Of a DNA stretch of 64,000 bases, positions 50,105 to 60,892 are shown in pieces; position 1 is the first letter of the stretch, and each line of letters begins with the position of its first letter. The notes under the pieces are model-generated. The model was given only the letters and a program-made list of their open reading frames with translations. It was not told where the DNA came from and made no database searches. The position numbers and the translations under genes were made by a program. The stretch comes from Centroscyllium fabricii (lineage: Eukaryota): assembly GCA_051313645.2 (NCBI GenBank), contig JBNRSN020000014.1, positions 34,410,001 to 34,474,000 of the forward strand, in the 5' to 3' direction.

Positions 50105-50570
50105 GAATAACTGATTACACACTATATAAAACATCCAGAAACAAAGGACTGGTAAAGACCAGCTGGTCCATCGGGCCGGTCCGATACTGTCACCACCCAA
50201 CTCCCGAGAGAGAGAGAGAGGGGAAGCCAATTTAGGAAAAAAAGCTTTGGACAATTCCTCTCTGACCTCCAAAGGTGAGTAAACAAGCTCCTGGTCCCCA
50301 GTGACCCCAAAACCCACCAACCTATATGAGGTTATGTCGGTCACACTCAGGAACTCGACCAGCTCCCTCTGGAATATTTGCAGAGAATCCGCACTCACTA
50401 TATGAGCTGGCAACTAGTTGCCAGGATTGCTTGACTCTCTGTGAAAAGTAGTTCCTGCTGACATCTAAGCTAGTTCTGTGCTTACATACCTTATCCTCAT
50501 GTCCCCTGGTCCTCTCTGACCTGTCTAAGGGTAGTGGAGTAAGGACACTGAAGTAGACAGTGTCAGTGGA
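50105..50570 (-). mobile_element. CR1-type 3' fragment
   Basis: RTRGHEDKVCKH...RNYFSQRV. The UTR resembles 16330-16460. Confidence 0.7.
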
Positions 50571-51687
50571 GTCAAGAGGCAATTGGAATCATTCCTGGAA
50601 AGAGCAGGGATTTAGGGATATGGTGATCGGAGTAGGGAGGGGTTGATTGATGGTAGAATGGAGGGGCTTCTCTGGGCATTTGCTGCTCTGAAATGTTTTT
50701 ACAGATGTGCAAGGAATCTAAACTTACTAGTTAAATGGTCTTTGCAGTCACAACCATCTATGATGCTATACCTTCACTGCATGTTAATTTCTCACCTTGC
50801 AGCAGACCAGTGGAATGCATCAGCGCAAATATAAAAACTATACGTTTATTACATGCTTAGTTAAAGCTAAAAATAGCTTGCTTGACGGTATTGTTCCCTT
50901 TGATAAGCCTGCACTGCAGTGGGACCATATTTGGAATAGACAACTGTGTTACCCCAGTTAACTGGAGCCCTGTAACACTAATAGCTGCTTTTATACTGCG
51001 CTGGGACCCTTTGTTACTGGGTCTGCCTGTTCGCCAGCTTTAGCAAATCCCAGCAAGTTTAGTTCCGGGCTGCTGCCGGCTGGGTCAGACCCATAAGTTG
51101 GGAGCTCTGTGCCACTACCACCCACCTCAGCTCAATACAAAAAGTAACTAAGAGGCCACTCCATCGATGCATTTAAGGGGAAGCTAGACAAGTGCATGAG
51201 GGAGAAAGGAATAGAAGGATATGTTGATAGGGTGATGAAGAAAATAGAGTGGGAGGAGGTTTGTGCGGAGCATAAACACCAGCATAGACCAGTGGTCCGA
51301 ATGGCCTGTTTCTGTGCTGTAAATTCGATGTAATTCTCTAAAGCCAGTTACCATTGACCTGAAACACTAACTCTGTTTCTCTGCAGATGCTGCCTGACCT
51401 GTTTTCCAGTAGTTCCAGTATTTTCTGTTTTTATTTCAGATTACCAGCATCCGCAGGATTTTGTTTTGAGTTGCCAATGCATCATTGATTTGATATTCAA
51501 AGTTCAGAAGAAAATCCGCTTAACCACGGGCACACGTTACTGCAGCAAGGTCTTTGACACTGTACAAGGACAGCGGGAATGGTTTGTTGTGCTGGTGCTG
51601 TGCATTCATAATGAACAAAGTAAAACAATCTGGGAAATCTTCCTCTATCTTGTCAGTTATGTGTTGATCAGGATTCTGCCAACTCAC

Positions 51688-51783
51688 CCTCAGATCCACT
51701 TCTTTTCCCAGTAAATCAAACACTGTCGCTCCTTTGGCGGTAATCTCAGAGGCTAGTTGTCTTGCAATTTTTAAATCTGAAAT
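51688..51783 (-). CDS. CLUAP1: CLUAP1 coding exon 5
   Basis: cacag|ATT...AGG|gtgagt. Encodes [32 protein letters not shown]. Confidence 0.96.
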
Positions 51784-51835
51784 CTGTGAGAAGATGCAAA
51801 ATATTGAAGCTGCAATATATCTCTTATAGAACATT

Positions 51836-52320
51836 TTTTTTTTATTCATTGATGGGATGTGGGCGTTGCTGGCTGGCTAGGCCTGCATTTAGTGCCCATC
51901 CCTAATTGCCCTCGAGATGGTGGTGAGCTGCCTTCTTGAACCGCTGCAGTCCATATGGTGTAGGTACACCCACAATGTTGCGTAGCTGTTGTTTACAACT
52001 GAGTGACTTGCTAAGCCATTTCAGAGGGCATTAAGAGTCAACCACATTGCTGTGGGTCTGGAGTCACATGTAGGCCAGACCAGGTAAGGATGGCAGATTT
52101 CCTTCCCTAAAGGACATTAGTGAACCAGATGGATTTTTGCAACAATCGACAATGGTATCATGGTCATCATTACTAAGACTAACATTTAATTCCAGAATTA
52201 AATTGAATTGAATTTAAATTCCACCAGCTGCGGTGGGATTTGAACCCATATCCTCAGAGCATTTGACTGAGCCTCTGGCTTACTAGTCTAGTGACATAAC
52301 CACTACGCCACCACCTCCCC
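51836..52320 (-). mobile_element. tRNA-derived SINE with LINE-derived tail
   Basis: On the - strand: gggaggtggtggcgtagtgg (A box) and gggttcaaatccc (B box). The 3' ~120 bp match the LINE end at 11750-11875. Confidence 0.8.
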
Positions 52321-52418
52321 ATTATTATAGGCTTTGTTTACATGGTGAAAGCAAGGACTCTAAGTCAGCACTGAAATCCCCCATCGGTGCTATACTAGGG
52401 TTTATTTATGTATTTATA

Positions 52419-53181
52419 AGCCCAGAAATTGCAGTGGAGCTTTCGTGCGGGTGCAGTACCTGCTTAACGCACTTGAACTGCCCATATTCAGGTTTGCTTT
52501 TTTGCACTGAGAAATTCCCGTTAGCCCAGCCTGTCAGAGCTCCGTGCGAGTTTCATGGGCATCTGAAGGGCGTAATTAGTGCGAGATGGCTTTTGAGACC
52601 ACCTGATTGGCAGGGAGCCAATCAGTGGAACCAATTCTCCATTCAAAACTTCCACTGAGAAATCTGTGCAAGTTCTGAAAGGAGAGATTGCCCAAAAGAC
52701 ATCTAAACACAAAAATAAAATTTTACAAACACCACATTTTTTTAACATTACCCCAACTAACACAAATAACCTATTTTAAAGAAAAAATAAAAATTTACAG
52801 AAACATTTTTCAACTTCCAACAGCTCTAAAAAAAACTTACCTGTCTTTAAAATTATCAACAATTAAAAACCTGAAAAAACAACAATTAAAATCAATAAAA
52901 TACACTTACCAGATAAAAACGGCTACTTACGACTGCTTTTTCCCAGCGTAGAATATCCTGGTCTTGGTCCGTAGAAAAACTTTTAAAAAACAAAACGGAA
53001 TGTCTGGACGCAACCCTAGTTCGATGCTTCCTGCGCTGGACCTCGCAGGAACTCCAACCCCCCCGCTGGCCGGCATAGGAAAACCCGAAGCTGCGCTACC
53101 GGCTGATTCCTGCGGGTTTAAGCTCTGGTGCACTCGCACCAGAGCTTAAACCCGATATGGGCAGACTGGAATTTCTGGCCC
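52419..53181 (+). mobile_element. Harbinger-like MITE copy A (CLUAP1 intron 4)
   Basis: TIRs gcccagaaattgcag / ctggaatttctggccc. Highly similar over its whole length to the reverse complement of 55668-56442. Confidence 0.88.
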
Positions 53182-53700
53182 ATTGTATCCATGGATCCAT
53201 AGCAAATCACTTGAGATTGCTGCAGGTGTAGAGCCCACATTTACCCTGTGGTCAGGATTAAAACCTCCACTGCTGCAGACTAGGAGGGAGGTTTCACTTT
53301 TCAGTTCCCAGCGCAGTGGGAAGTCAGAGCACCAATTTGACCTTGTGTCAACACTTCACTGTAACAGTGAGGCTACTGTATTAAATGTATCCTTTCAGTC
53401 TAAATACAGCGCAAATTCAGCAAGGTTGAGACTCCTGGAGAATATAGTCTCACGAGACAGGGGTGTGAGTCGGAGATAGAGCTAGAAAACTATAGCTGCG
53501 ATCATCTGAGGGGTGCTCCCAACTAGTGAGAATCTGCTTCGGTAGCAGAGGAGTGTTACTGAATTTGCCCCCAGATTCTCGTGTTTAGCATCACTAATTA
53601 AACAAAACAATGGCATAAAATGCTATTGGCCACACTGTGAAAAATGCCTGCTATTCCTCTCCTAAATGAGGAATCGTTTTACACTGCCCAAGTGGCTCAC

Positions 53701-53880
53701 CTTTGAGCCCAAATCAAATTTGAATTTGGAACTCTCTTCTTCAGCGTCCTCACTTCTGTCCATTCGCTTTGTCTTCATGGCATTGTAGAGAACGGCAGTA
53801 ATCTTCAACAGCTCTTTCACCGCGTAACCATCAGCCTGGTACAGCTTCTTGGTGTTGAGCTTAATATGAGCTTTAGTAGC
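53701..53880 (-). CDS. CLUAP1: CLUAP1 coding exon 4
   Basis: ttgcag|GCT...AAG|gtgagc. Encodes [28 protein letters not shown]...FKFDLGSK. Confidence 0.96.
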
Positions 53881-54010
53881 CTGCAATACAGCACAGTGTC
53901 AACACACACAATATACTGAAGTCCTCAATGAAGCTCCTATCTCATCCCCGGGTTCATGCTGTCCTACAGGTTACACGTACTGGGCGGAGGAAGAGCTGTT
54001 TGATGCTTAC

Positions 54011-54095
54011 CATGAACTGTGCCACAGCTTTGATGAAAAAAACTCGGTCCTGTTCTGTATCCACATCTGTGGGGATATCTGTCTGGGGCTCATAT
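54011..54095 (-). CDS. CLUAP1: CLUAP1 coding exon 3
   Basis: accag|A...ATG|gtaagc. Encodes [28 protein letters not shown]. Confidence 0.96.
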
Positions 54096-54504
54096 CTGGT
54101 AACAAAATCCAAGCAACATTAGTTACTTTCCCCACGTACCTCTTTTCCCAACCTCTCTCACTTCTCGTTGGATTCAGAAGACTCAAGGGTGTCTCAAGGA
54201 CACATTCAAATGGTCACCTTTCCCCTCTTGTAGGGTCATAGTAAACCATGACAACCACTACGAATGTGGTGGAGCAGATCCAAAACCTTACACCTTCGAG
54301 TGAGAATAAACAGCATTTACCTCAAACCTCAGCAAATCAGTGATCAGAATTATCTGCTCTGCCCTTTCTTTTTAAAGCTGACCACATTTTTAAAAAGAGA
54401 GATCTAAAACCCCCTCCTGTCCTGAAGGTGCTGACCCTTGGCTGGGGTCTGGTTCCACAGGCTGCCTTTCAGTAATTACCTGCATCGAGACAGTGAGCAG
54501 CAGT

Positions 54505-54790
54505 AAGAAAGAATTTGTCTCAGGATATCCCAAACACTTCACAGCCATTCAACTATTTTTAATGTGTAGTCACTGTTGTGTAGACAAATGCTGCAGCCAA
54601 TTCATGCACAGCAAGGTCCAACAAAGAGCAACAAGATGAGTGACCAGATAAATAGTGATACCTCCAACAAGGAGCACTCCCTGCACTGGTGAACCAGCTT
54701 AGATTATGGGCTCAGATACCGGAGTGGATTTGACCCCACAACCTTCGGACTTAGTACCACAACTGGTGGTACATTTATCGACTGAGCTAT
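54505..54790 (-). mobile_element. Old Deu-domain-like SINE remnant
   Basis: gtgtagtcactgttgt...gcagccaatt.tgcacagcaagg and gcactccct...cactg motifs. Related pieces at ~15180-15350 and ~36165-36795. Confidence 0.55.
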
Positions 54791-54882
54791 TCAGAGCACT
54801 TTTTAAAAGAATGCTTGGCTGTCCTTTAGCTTAGCCATGATGTATGTGCTTTACAGCTTTGTACACTTGTTAAGTCACAAAC

Positions 54883-54994
54883 CTTTTGACAAGCCAAATC
54901 AGAATCTCTGCTACCAAAGGGAAGTTTGGAGTCCGGAAGTTTTCCATGGAGATTAGCCGAGGGTATCCCAGAGCCCTCATCATCTCGGTGAAGT
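54883..54994 (-). CDS. CLUAP1: CLUAP1 coding exon 2
   Basis: ccag|AC...AG|gtttgt. Encodes [37 protein letters not shown]. Confidence 0.96.
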
Positions 54995-55527
54995 CTGGTG
55001 CGGGGGCAAGGGGAAGATAACAGATAATCAGTGTTTATGCAAAAAAGGGTCAATTATCAGCTTGGGGCAGGTGCTGTAACACATCTCCCCGTGGTAGGGG
55101 AGACTATTTCTGGAACTTGCCCAACATTGCACTTCTCACAAGGACACTCTGAAAACACGGAATATCAAACTGGAGGTGTGGTTGATGGGTTTCCACAAGG
55201 GTCACTACTTGGATTCCTAAAGCTACAATTCGGAATATGTTTTGAGGATAGAATATCGATAAGTCTAAGAAAACACCAGTAACTAAGGGCATCGGCACTT
55301 AACCTAGAACTAAAGGCAAATTACTGGGCCCTGCTGAGACCTGATCCTGCCTCAAATCATCCAGCACTCTGGAACAGATAAAGGTGAGAGGAGGGTGTAA
55401 GGAACGATGCATGCACTGATTGAGTTGATTCAAAGAGAAGTAAATCCTGTGCTCATTACTGCCCACAGACATTAGCCCTGGACAAGTGGTACAAGACCAA
55501 GTGTGTGATCAAAGATAGGTCATGTCT

Positions 55528-55667
55528 GATGGCGCCGTAGAATGGCTGACGTCTTGCGGGCTCCATGCGTGCCGGGCAGTTTTTTTTTTGCTTTTCTACA
55601 TTTATAATTCTGGGAGTGAATGGGGAGTAAGCATTCCATTGTACGCGTTACACGTGACAGTAACATT
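55528..55667 (+). mobile_element. Short bipartite Rex1-like non-autonomous element (leader + tail); second tail continues at 56443-56530
   Basis: Leader is near-identical to 58942-58988. Tail is near-identical to the 3' end of the LINE at 61554-61632. Confidence 0.7.
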
Positions 55668-56442
55668 GGGCCAGAAATTCCAGTCTGCCCATATCGCGTT
55701 TGAGCTCTGGTGCGAGCGCACCAGAGCTTAATCGCGCAGGAAGCAGCCGTTTGCGCTGCTTCAGTCATTCCTGTGCCGGCCAGCGGGGAGGGGGGGGGGG
55801 GCGGGGGTAGAGTTCCTGCGAGGGCTAGCGCAGGAACCATCGAACTACGGGGTACGTCCAGTCATTCCAGTTTTTTTAAAACTTTTTCTACGGACCAAGA
55901 CCAGGAGATTCTACGCTGGAAAAAAGGAGTCGTAAGAAGCCGTTTTTATCTGGTAAGTGTGTATTTTATTGATTTTAATTGTTGTTTTTTCAGGTTTTTA
56001 ATTGTTGATAACTTTAAAGACAGGTAAGTATTTTTTTAGACCTGTTAGAAGCTGAAAAAAATTTCTGTAAATTTTTATTTTTTCTTTAAAATAGGTTATT
56101 GGTGTTAGTTGGGGTAATGTTAAAAAAATGTGGTTTTTAAAATTTTATTTTTGAGTTTAGATGTCTTTTGGGTAATCTCTCCTTTCAAAACTTGCAGAGT
56201 TCTCAGTGGAAGTTTTGAACGGAGGATTGGTTCCACTGATTGGCTCCCTGCCAATCACGTGGTCTCAAAAGCCATCTCGCACTAATTATGCCCTTCAGAT
56301 GCTCATGAAGCTCGCACGGAGCTCTGACAAGCTGGGCTAACAGGAATTACTGAGTGCAAAAAAGCAAACCTGAATATGGGCAGTGCAAGTGCGTTAAGCA
56401 GGTACTGCACCCGCACAAAGGCTCCACTGCAATTTCTGGGCC
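55668..56442 (-). mobile_element. Harbinger-like MITE copy B (CLUAP1 intron 1), inverted relative to copy A
   Basis: TIRs gggccagaaattccag / ctgcaatttctgggcc. Confidence 0.88.
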
Positions 56443-56696
56443 AATGTCCTTGTTGCGCAGTGCGTTCGGATCGCAATAAGCATTTCACTGTCTAGATTGT
56501 ATTTAGTACATGTGACAATGAACTTTAACTGTGCGTATCATGGAGTTTAAAACTGAAGCCTCTTTCTGGAGATCAATAATATTTACAAGTTTAAAATGAA
56601 TTCTACTGACACCGATCCCTTCCAAACCCAATTCTCGGCGGCTGCCTCTGCACCACAGCCCAGCCCCGGGTAGAAACAATCTCTACAATCTCTTAC

Positions 56697-56718
56697 TCCT
56701 CAGGTCCCTGAACGACAT
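56697..56718 (-). CDS. CLUAP1: CLUAP1 (IFT38) coding exon 1
   Basis: ATG TCG TTC AGG GAC CTG AGG A|gtaaga = MSFRDLR, the conserved CLUAP1 N-terminus. Confidence 0.95.
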
Positions 56719-56849
56719 CCTGCTGCAGGCTGGGCTCCAGGAATCCGCAACCGCCTCTCTGCAAAGATGGGCTGTGGTCCTTCAGCCCGTGGCCCTGGTC
56801 TCACAGCCTTTCCCTCCTTTACCCGATATCTTGCTCAATTAGCCTAACA

Positions 56850-57270
56850 CAGACTCTGTATACACCGTGTGCCCGCCACTGCCCCGGCCCGATCCCCCGG
56901 TCGTGCCCCGATCCCCAGCCTCCGACCCCCGCCCCGATCCCCAGCCCCCGGTCCTGCTCCTCGCCCGGTCTCTCCTAGTCCCTGTGCCGCGGGCTCGCTC
57001 CGTGTTTGTCGCTCCAATCCCGGTTTCTCTTGGACCCGCTGCCGCTCTCTCCCCGACCCGGCCTCTGCTCCTGCCCGCAAATCCGCGCTCGGTCTCTGGC
57101 CCTGTCTCTCTGCCTAACCGTGCGCTGGGCAGGCCCTTAGGCCTGGTTTCTATGGAGATTCGAAGGACACTTCCGACCGAAAGGCATTCTGGGAGGGACT
57201 CAACTCAGACATTGCAAATGACCTCACTCCGGAAACGATGTCACACTCTGACACGTGATTCATGGGAGAT
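56850..57270 (-). promoter_or_regulatory. CLUAP1 CpG-rich promoter with RFX X-box, ZNF143/Staf site, ETS and E-box
   Basis: GC/CpG-rich. X-box ATCTCCATAGAAAC (57146-57159, -). SBS-like CTCCCAGAATGCCTTTCG (57178-57195, -). CCGGAA near 57229. CACGTG at 57252-57257. Confidence 0.75.
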
Positions 57271-57400
57271 GTCACTCTGATACAGCTGTGCAATGAGCTG
57301 ATGTCACACTGTGACGGCAGTGCAATGAGCTGATGTCATACTGTGACACGGCAGTGCAATAAGGTGACATCATACTGATACCACTGCATAATGAGATGGT

Positions 57401-57610
57401 CATGATGTGGAGGTGCTGGTGTTGCACTGGGGTGGACAAATGCAAGAAGTCACACAACACCAGGTTATAGTCCAACAGTTTTATTTGCAATCACAAGCTT
57501 TCGGAGCGCTGCTCCTTCGTCAGGTGAAAGGAAGGAGCAGCGCTCCGAAAGCTTGTGATTGCAAATAAAACTGTTGGACTATAACCTGGTGTTGTGTGAC
57601 TTCTTGCATT
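57401..57610. mobile_element. Palindromic Penelope-like pLTR insertion
   Basis: Perfect 80-bp inverted arms at 57439-57518 and 57531-57610. TSD aatgagatggt at 57390-57400 and 57611-57621. Confidence 0.8.
57491..57527 (-). ncRNA. Minimal type I hammerhead ribozyme motif
   Basis: On the - strand: UCAC-CUGACGA-A-GGAGC(AGC)GCUCC-GAA-AGCU-U-GUGA, giving stem I, the conserved core, stem II and a palindromic stem III. Confidence 0.7.
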
Positions 57611-57842
57611 AATGAGATGGTGTCATACTGATACCATTGTGCAATAAGATGATGTCACACCGATACCACTGTGCAATTAGATGATGCCACAGACACACTG
57701 TGCAATGAGATGTGACACCGCTGCACAATGAGATGATGTCACACTGTTACCACTGTGAAATGAGATGATGTGACACTGACACCACTATGCAATGAGATGA
57801 TATCACACTGTTACAGCTATACAATTAGATAATGTCACACTA

Positions 57843-59126
57843 GGGGGTGCTGTACTCCGGCTGGAGCGGTCGCTATTATGGTGTACTGCTCCGAAGTTCA
57901 TTTGTTAATTAAATTTTACTCATTTTTTAAAAATTTAAAACATTGGCCCTATGGGAAAGATGGAAGAGAGTCCGGCCGATGTTTTAAATTTAAGTTTGAG
58001 TTTGTATTTTTCTTTAATTCGGAGGATTTCGATGGTTTCGGGAGGATGTCAGTAGAGTAGGCCCCGATCTCCTCAGACCAACTGTCAGGGTGTGAGAGCT
58101 TTTTTCGTCCGTTTCTGGATGTTGTTGGGGAGGCCGTGGGTGGAGAACAAGCCCAGGACGTCTTCAACCTCACTCCCGAAGTTCAGGAACGGCCCGAGAT
58201 TTTTCAGATGGCAATATTTTCGCTCTCAAGGGGCGGGAGACTTTCGACGGTTTCTGAGGTGTCGTCGGGAGGGCCGGTGATGAGGGAATAGCCCCGGATC
58301 TATTCAACTTCGCTTCGGAGGTGCGGGAGACTTTCGGCCGTTTCTAGGGTGCCGTCGGGAGGGCCGTGGATTCAGATCCGGCCAGGGATTTCTCGGATGA
58401 TAATATCTTCGCTCCAAAAATGCGGGAGTGTACGGCTCTGGATCGCTTCAGCTTCGCTCCAAAGGTGCGGTAGAGTTTCAGCAGTTTTTGATGTGCCGTC
58501 AGGAGGGCCATGTATTCGGGACCGTCCCCAGTTTTCTGTGATGTTTATATCTTCGCTTCCGAGGTGCGGGAGACTTTCGGCAATCTTTGAAGTGTCATCA
58601 GGAAGTTCGTGTAAGAAATAATGGGCATTGATCTGTTCGGCTTCGCTCCTGAGGCGTGAAAGACTTTCGGTAGTTTTTATGGTGTGGTCTGAGGGGCCGT
58701 GGATGATGGAAAGAAGAGGGGACCATGGATTGAGGACAGAGGGCTTGTAGATTCGCAGGTTCTGTATGGAGCCGTGGGTGGGAATCTGGCGTTTATTAAA
58801 GCCTGTCTCCAGTCTTCATTCCAATCTTCAATTCAGTATGGACTCCCGTTAACATCGAATAATTTTGAATGAGTAGTTAAAGTTATGGTTGAAAGTTAAT
58901 AAAGTAGAACTTAAGAGCCGGAGCACAAGCGGACCCTCAGCGATGGCGCCGGAGAATGGCTTGACGTCTTGCGGGTTCCGAGCGTGCTATGTATCTTGTG
59001 TTCTTTATTGTTAATTGTTAATTATTAATTGTTAATTGTTATGTAGTATGCTTGTGAATAGCAATAGGCATTTCACTATTTGAACTATTGTTCTTTTATG
59101 TGACAATAACATTTTACTTACTTACC
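57843..59126 (+). mobile_element. Composite 1.3-kb insertion: inverted-repeat-bounded module + Rex1-like leader/tail
   Basis: Sits at one site of the satellite unit (cacacta|tgacactgg). Has ~90-100-bp internal repeats and ends gtgacaataacatt(ttac)n. Confidence 0.65.
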
Positions 59127-59726
59127 ATGACACTGGTGTGCAATGAGCTGATGTCACACAGATACCGCTGTGCAATGAGGTGATGTCACACTGTTACCAC
59201 TGTGAAATGAGATGATGTGACACTGTAACACCACAACGCTTGAGATGATGTCACACTGTAACAGCTTTACAATGAGATGATGTCACACTATGACACTGGT
59301 GTGCAATGAGCTGATGTCACACTGTGACATCATTGTGCAATGAGATGATGTCACACAGATACCGCTGTGCAATGAGGTGATGTCACACTGATACCGCTGT
59401 GCAATGAGATGATGTCGCATACGCCACTGTGCAATCAGATGGTGTTGCACCACCGTGCAATGAGATGATGCTGTGCAATGAGATTATTTCACACTGATTT
59501 CACTGTGGAATGAGCTGATTTCACACTGTGATACTACTGTGCATTGAGATGATGTCACACAGATACTGCTGTGCATGGAGATGATGTCACACTGATACCA
59601 CTGTGCAATGAGGTGATGTCACACTGTTACCACTATGAAATGAGATGATGTGACACTGTGACACCGCTGTGCAATGAGATGATGTTACATTGTTACTGCT
59701 GTACAATGAGATGATGTCACACTATG

Positions 59727-60100
59727 ACGACACGGTGGCGCAGTGGTTAGCACTGCTGCCTTGCAATAAGGAGCTCCTGGGTTCGAATCCTGCTTGGCCC
59801 GGGACCTCTCTGCGTAGAGTTTGCATGTTCTCCCCGTGTTCATGTGGGTTTCCTCCAGGTACTCCGGTTTCCTCCCACCAAACAAAGACATGCTGGTTAG
59901 ATGAATTGGAGATACTAAAAATAATTTCCTATGAATATGTGTGTGAGATATAGTTCTTAGAGTTGGTGGTGTCAGGGGAATATGAGGAGAGGGTAGGAGG
60001 GGGGCACTGGGTTTGGATGATCAGCCATGATCTCATCAAAATGGCGGAGCATGCTCGAAGGGCCGAATGGCCTACTCCTGCTCCTGTCTTCTGTGTTTCT
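59727..60100 (+). mobile_element. HE1-type V-SINE variant with CR1 tail
   Basis: A box tggcgcagtgg, B box ggttcgaatcc, V domain and CR1 tail. Confidence 0.88.
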
Positions 60101-60892
60101 GTGACACTGGTGTGCAATGAGCTGACTGTGACACCACTGTACAATGAGATGATGTCACACAGATACCGCGGTGCAATGAGGTGATGTCACACTGATACCG
60201 TTGTGAAATGAGATGATGTCGCACACACCACTGTGCAATCAGATGGTGTCGCACCACTGTGCAATGAGATGATGCTGTGCAATGAGATTATTTACCACTG
60301 ATTTCACTGTGGAATTAGCTGATTTCACACTGTGATACTACTGTGCATTGAGATGATGTCACACAGATGCTGCTGTGCATGGGGATGATGTCACATTTGT
60401 GTTACTGCTGTGCAACACCACTGTGCAATGAGATGATGTCACACCACTGTGCTACGAGATGATGTCACACTGATAAAGCTGAGCAATGAGATGAACAGCG
60501 TTGTGCAATGAAATGATACACTGCTGTGCAAAGAGATGACTTCACAGACACCACCGTATGCAATGAGATGATGTGTGACAATAATGTGCAATGAGATGAT
60601 GTCTCACTGTGACACTGCTGTGCAATCAGATGTCACACTGTTACCACTGTGCAATGAGATGATGTCAGACTGATACAACAGTGCAATGAGATGATGTCTC
60701 GCAGATACCACTGTGCAATGACATGATGTCACAGACACCGCTGTGCAATCAGATGATGCGCTGTGAAATGAGATGGTGTCACTGATACCGCTGTGCAATT
60801 AGATGAAGTCACAGACACCTTGTACAATGAGATGTCACACTGCTGTGCAATGAGATGGTGTCATGTGACTCTGCTGTGCAATGAAATGGTGT

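Noticed and set aside
56844-57280. Pro/Gly/Arg-rich ORFs
   Set aside because: They are stop-poor frames of the CpG-island promoter.
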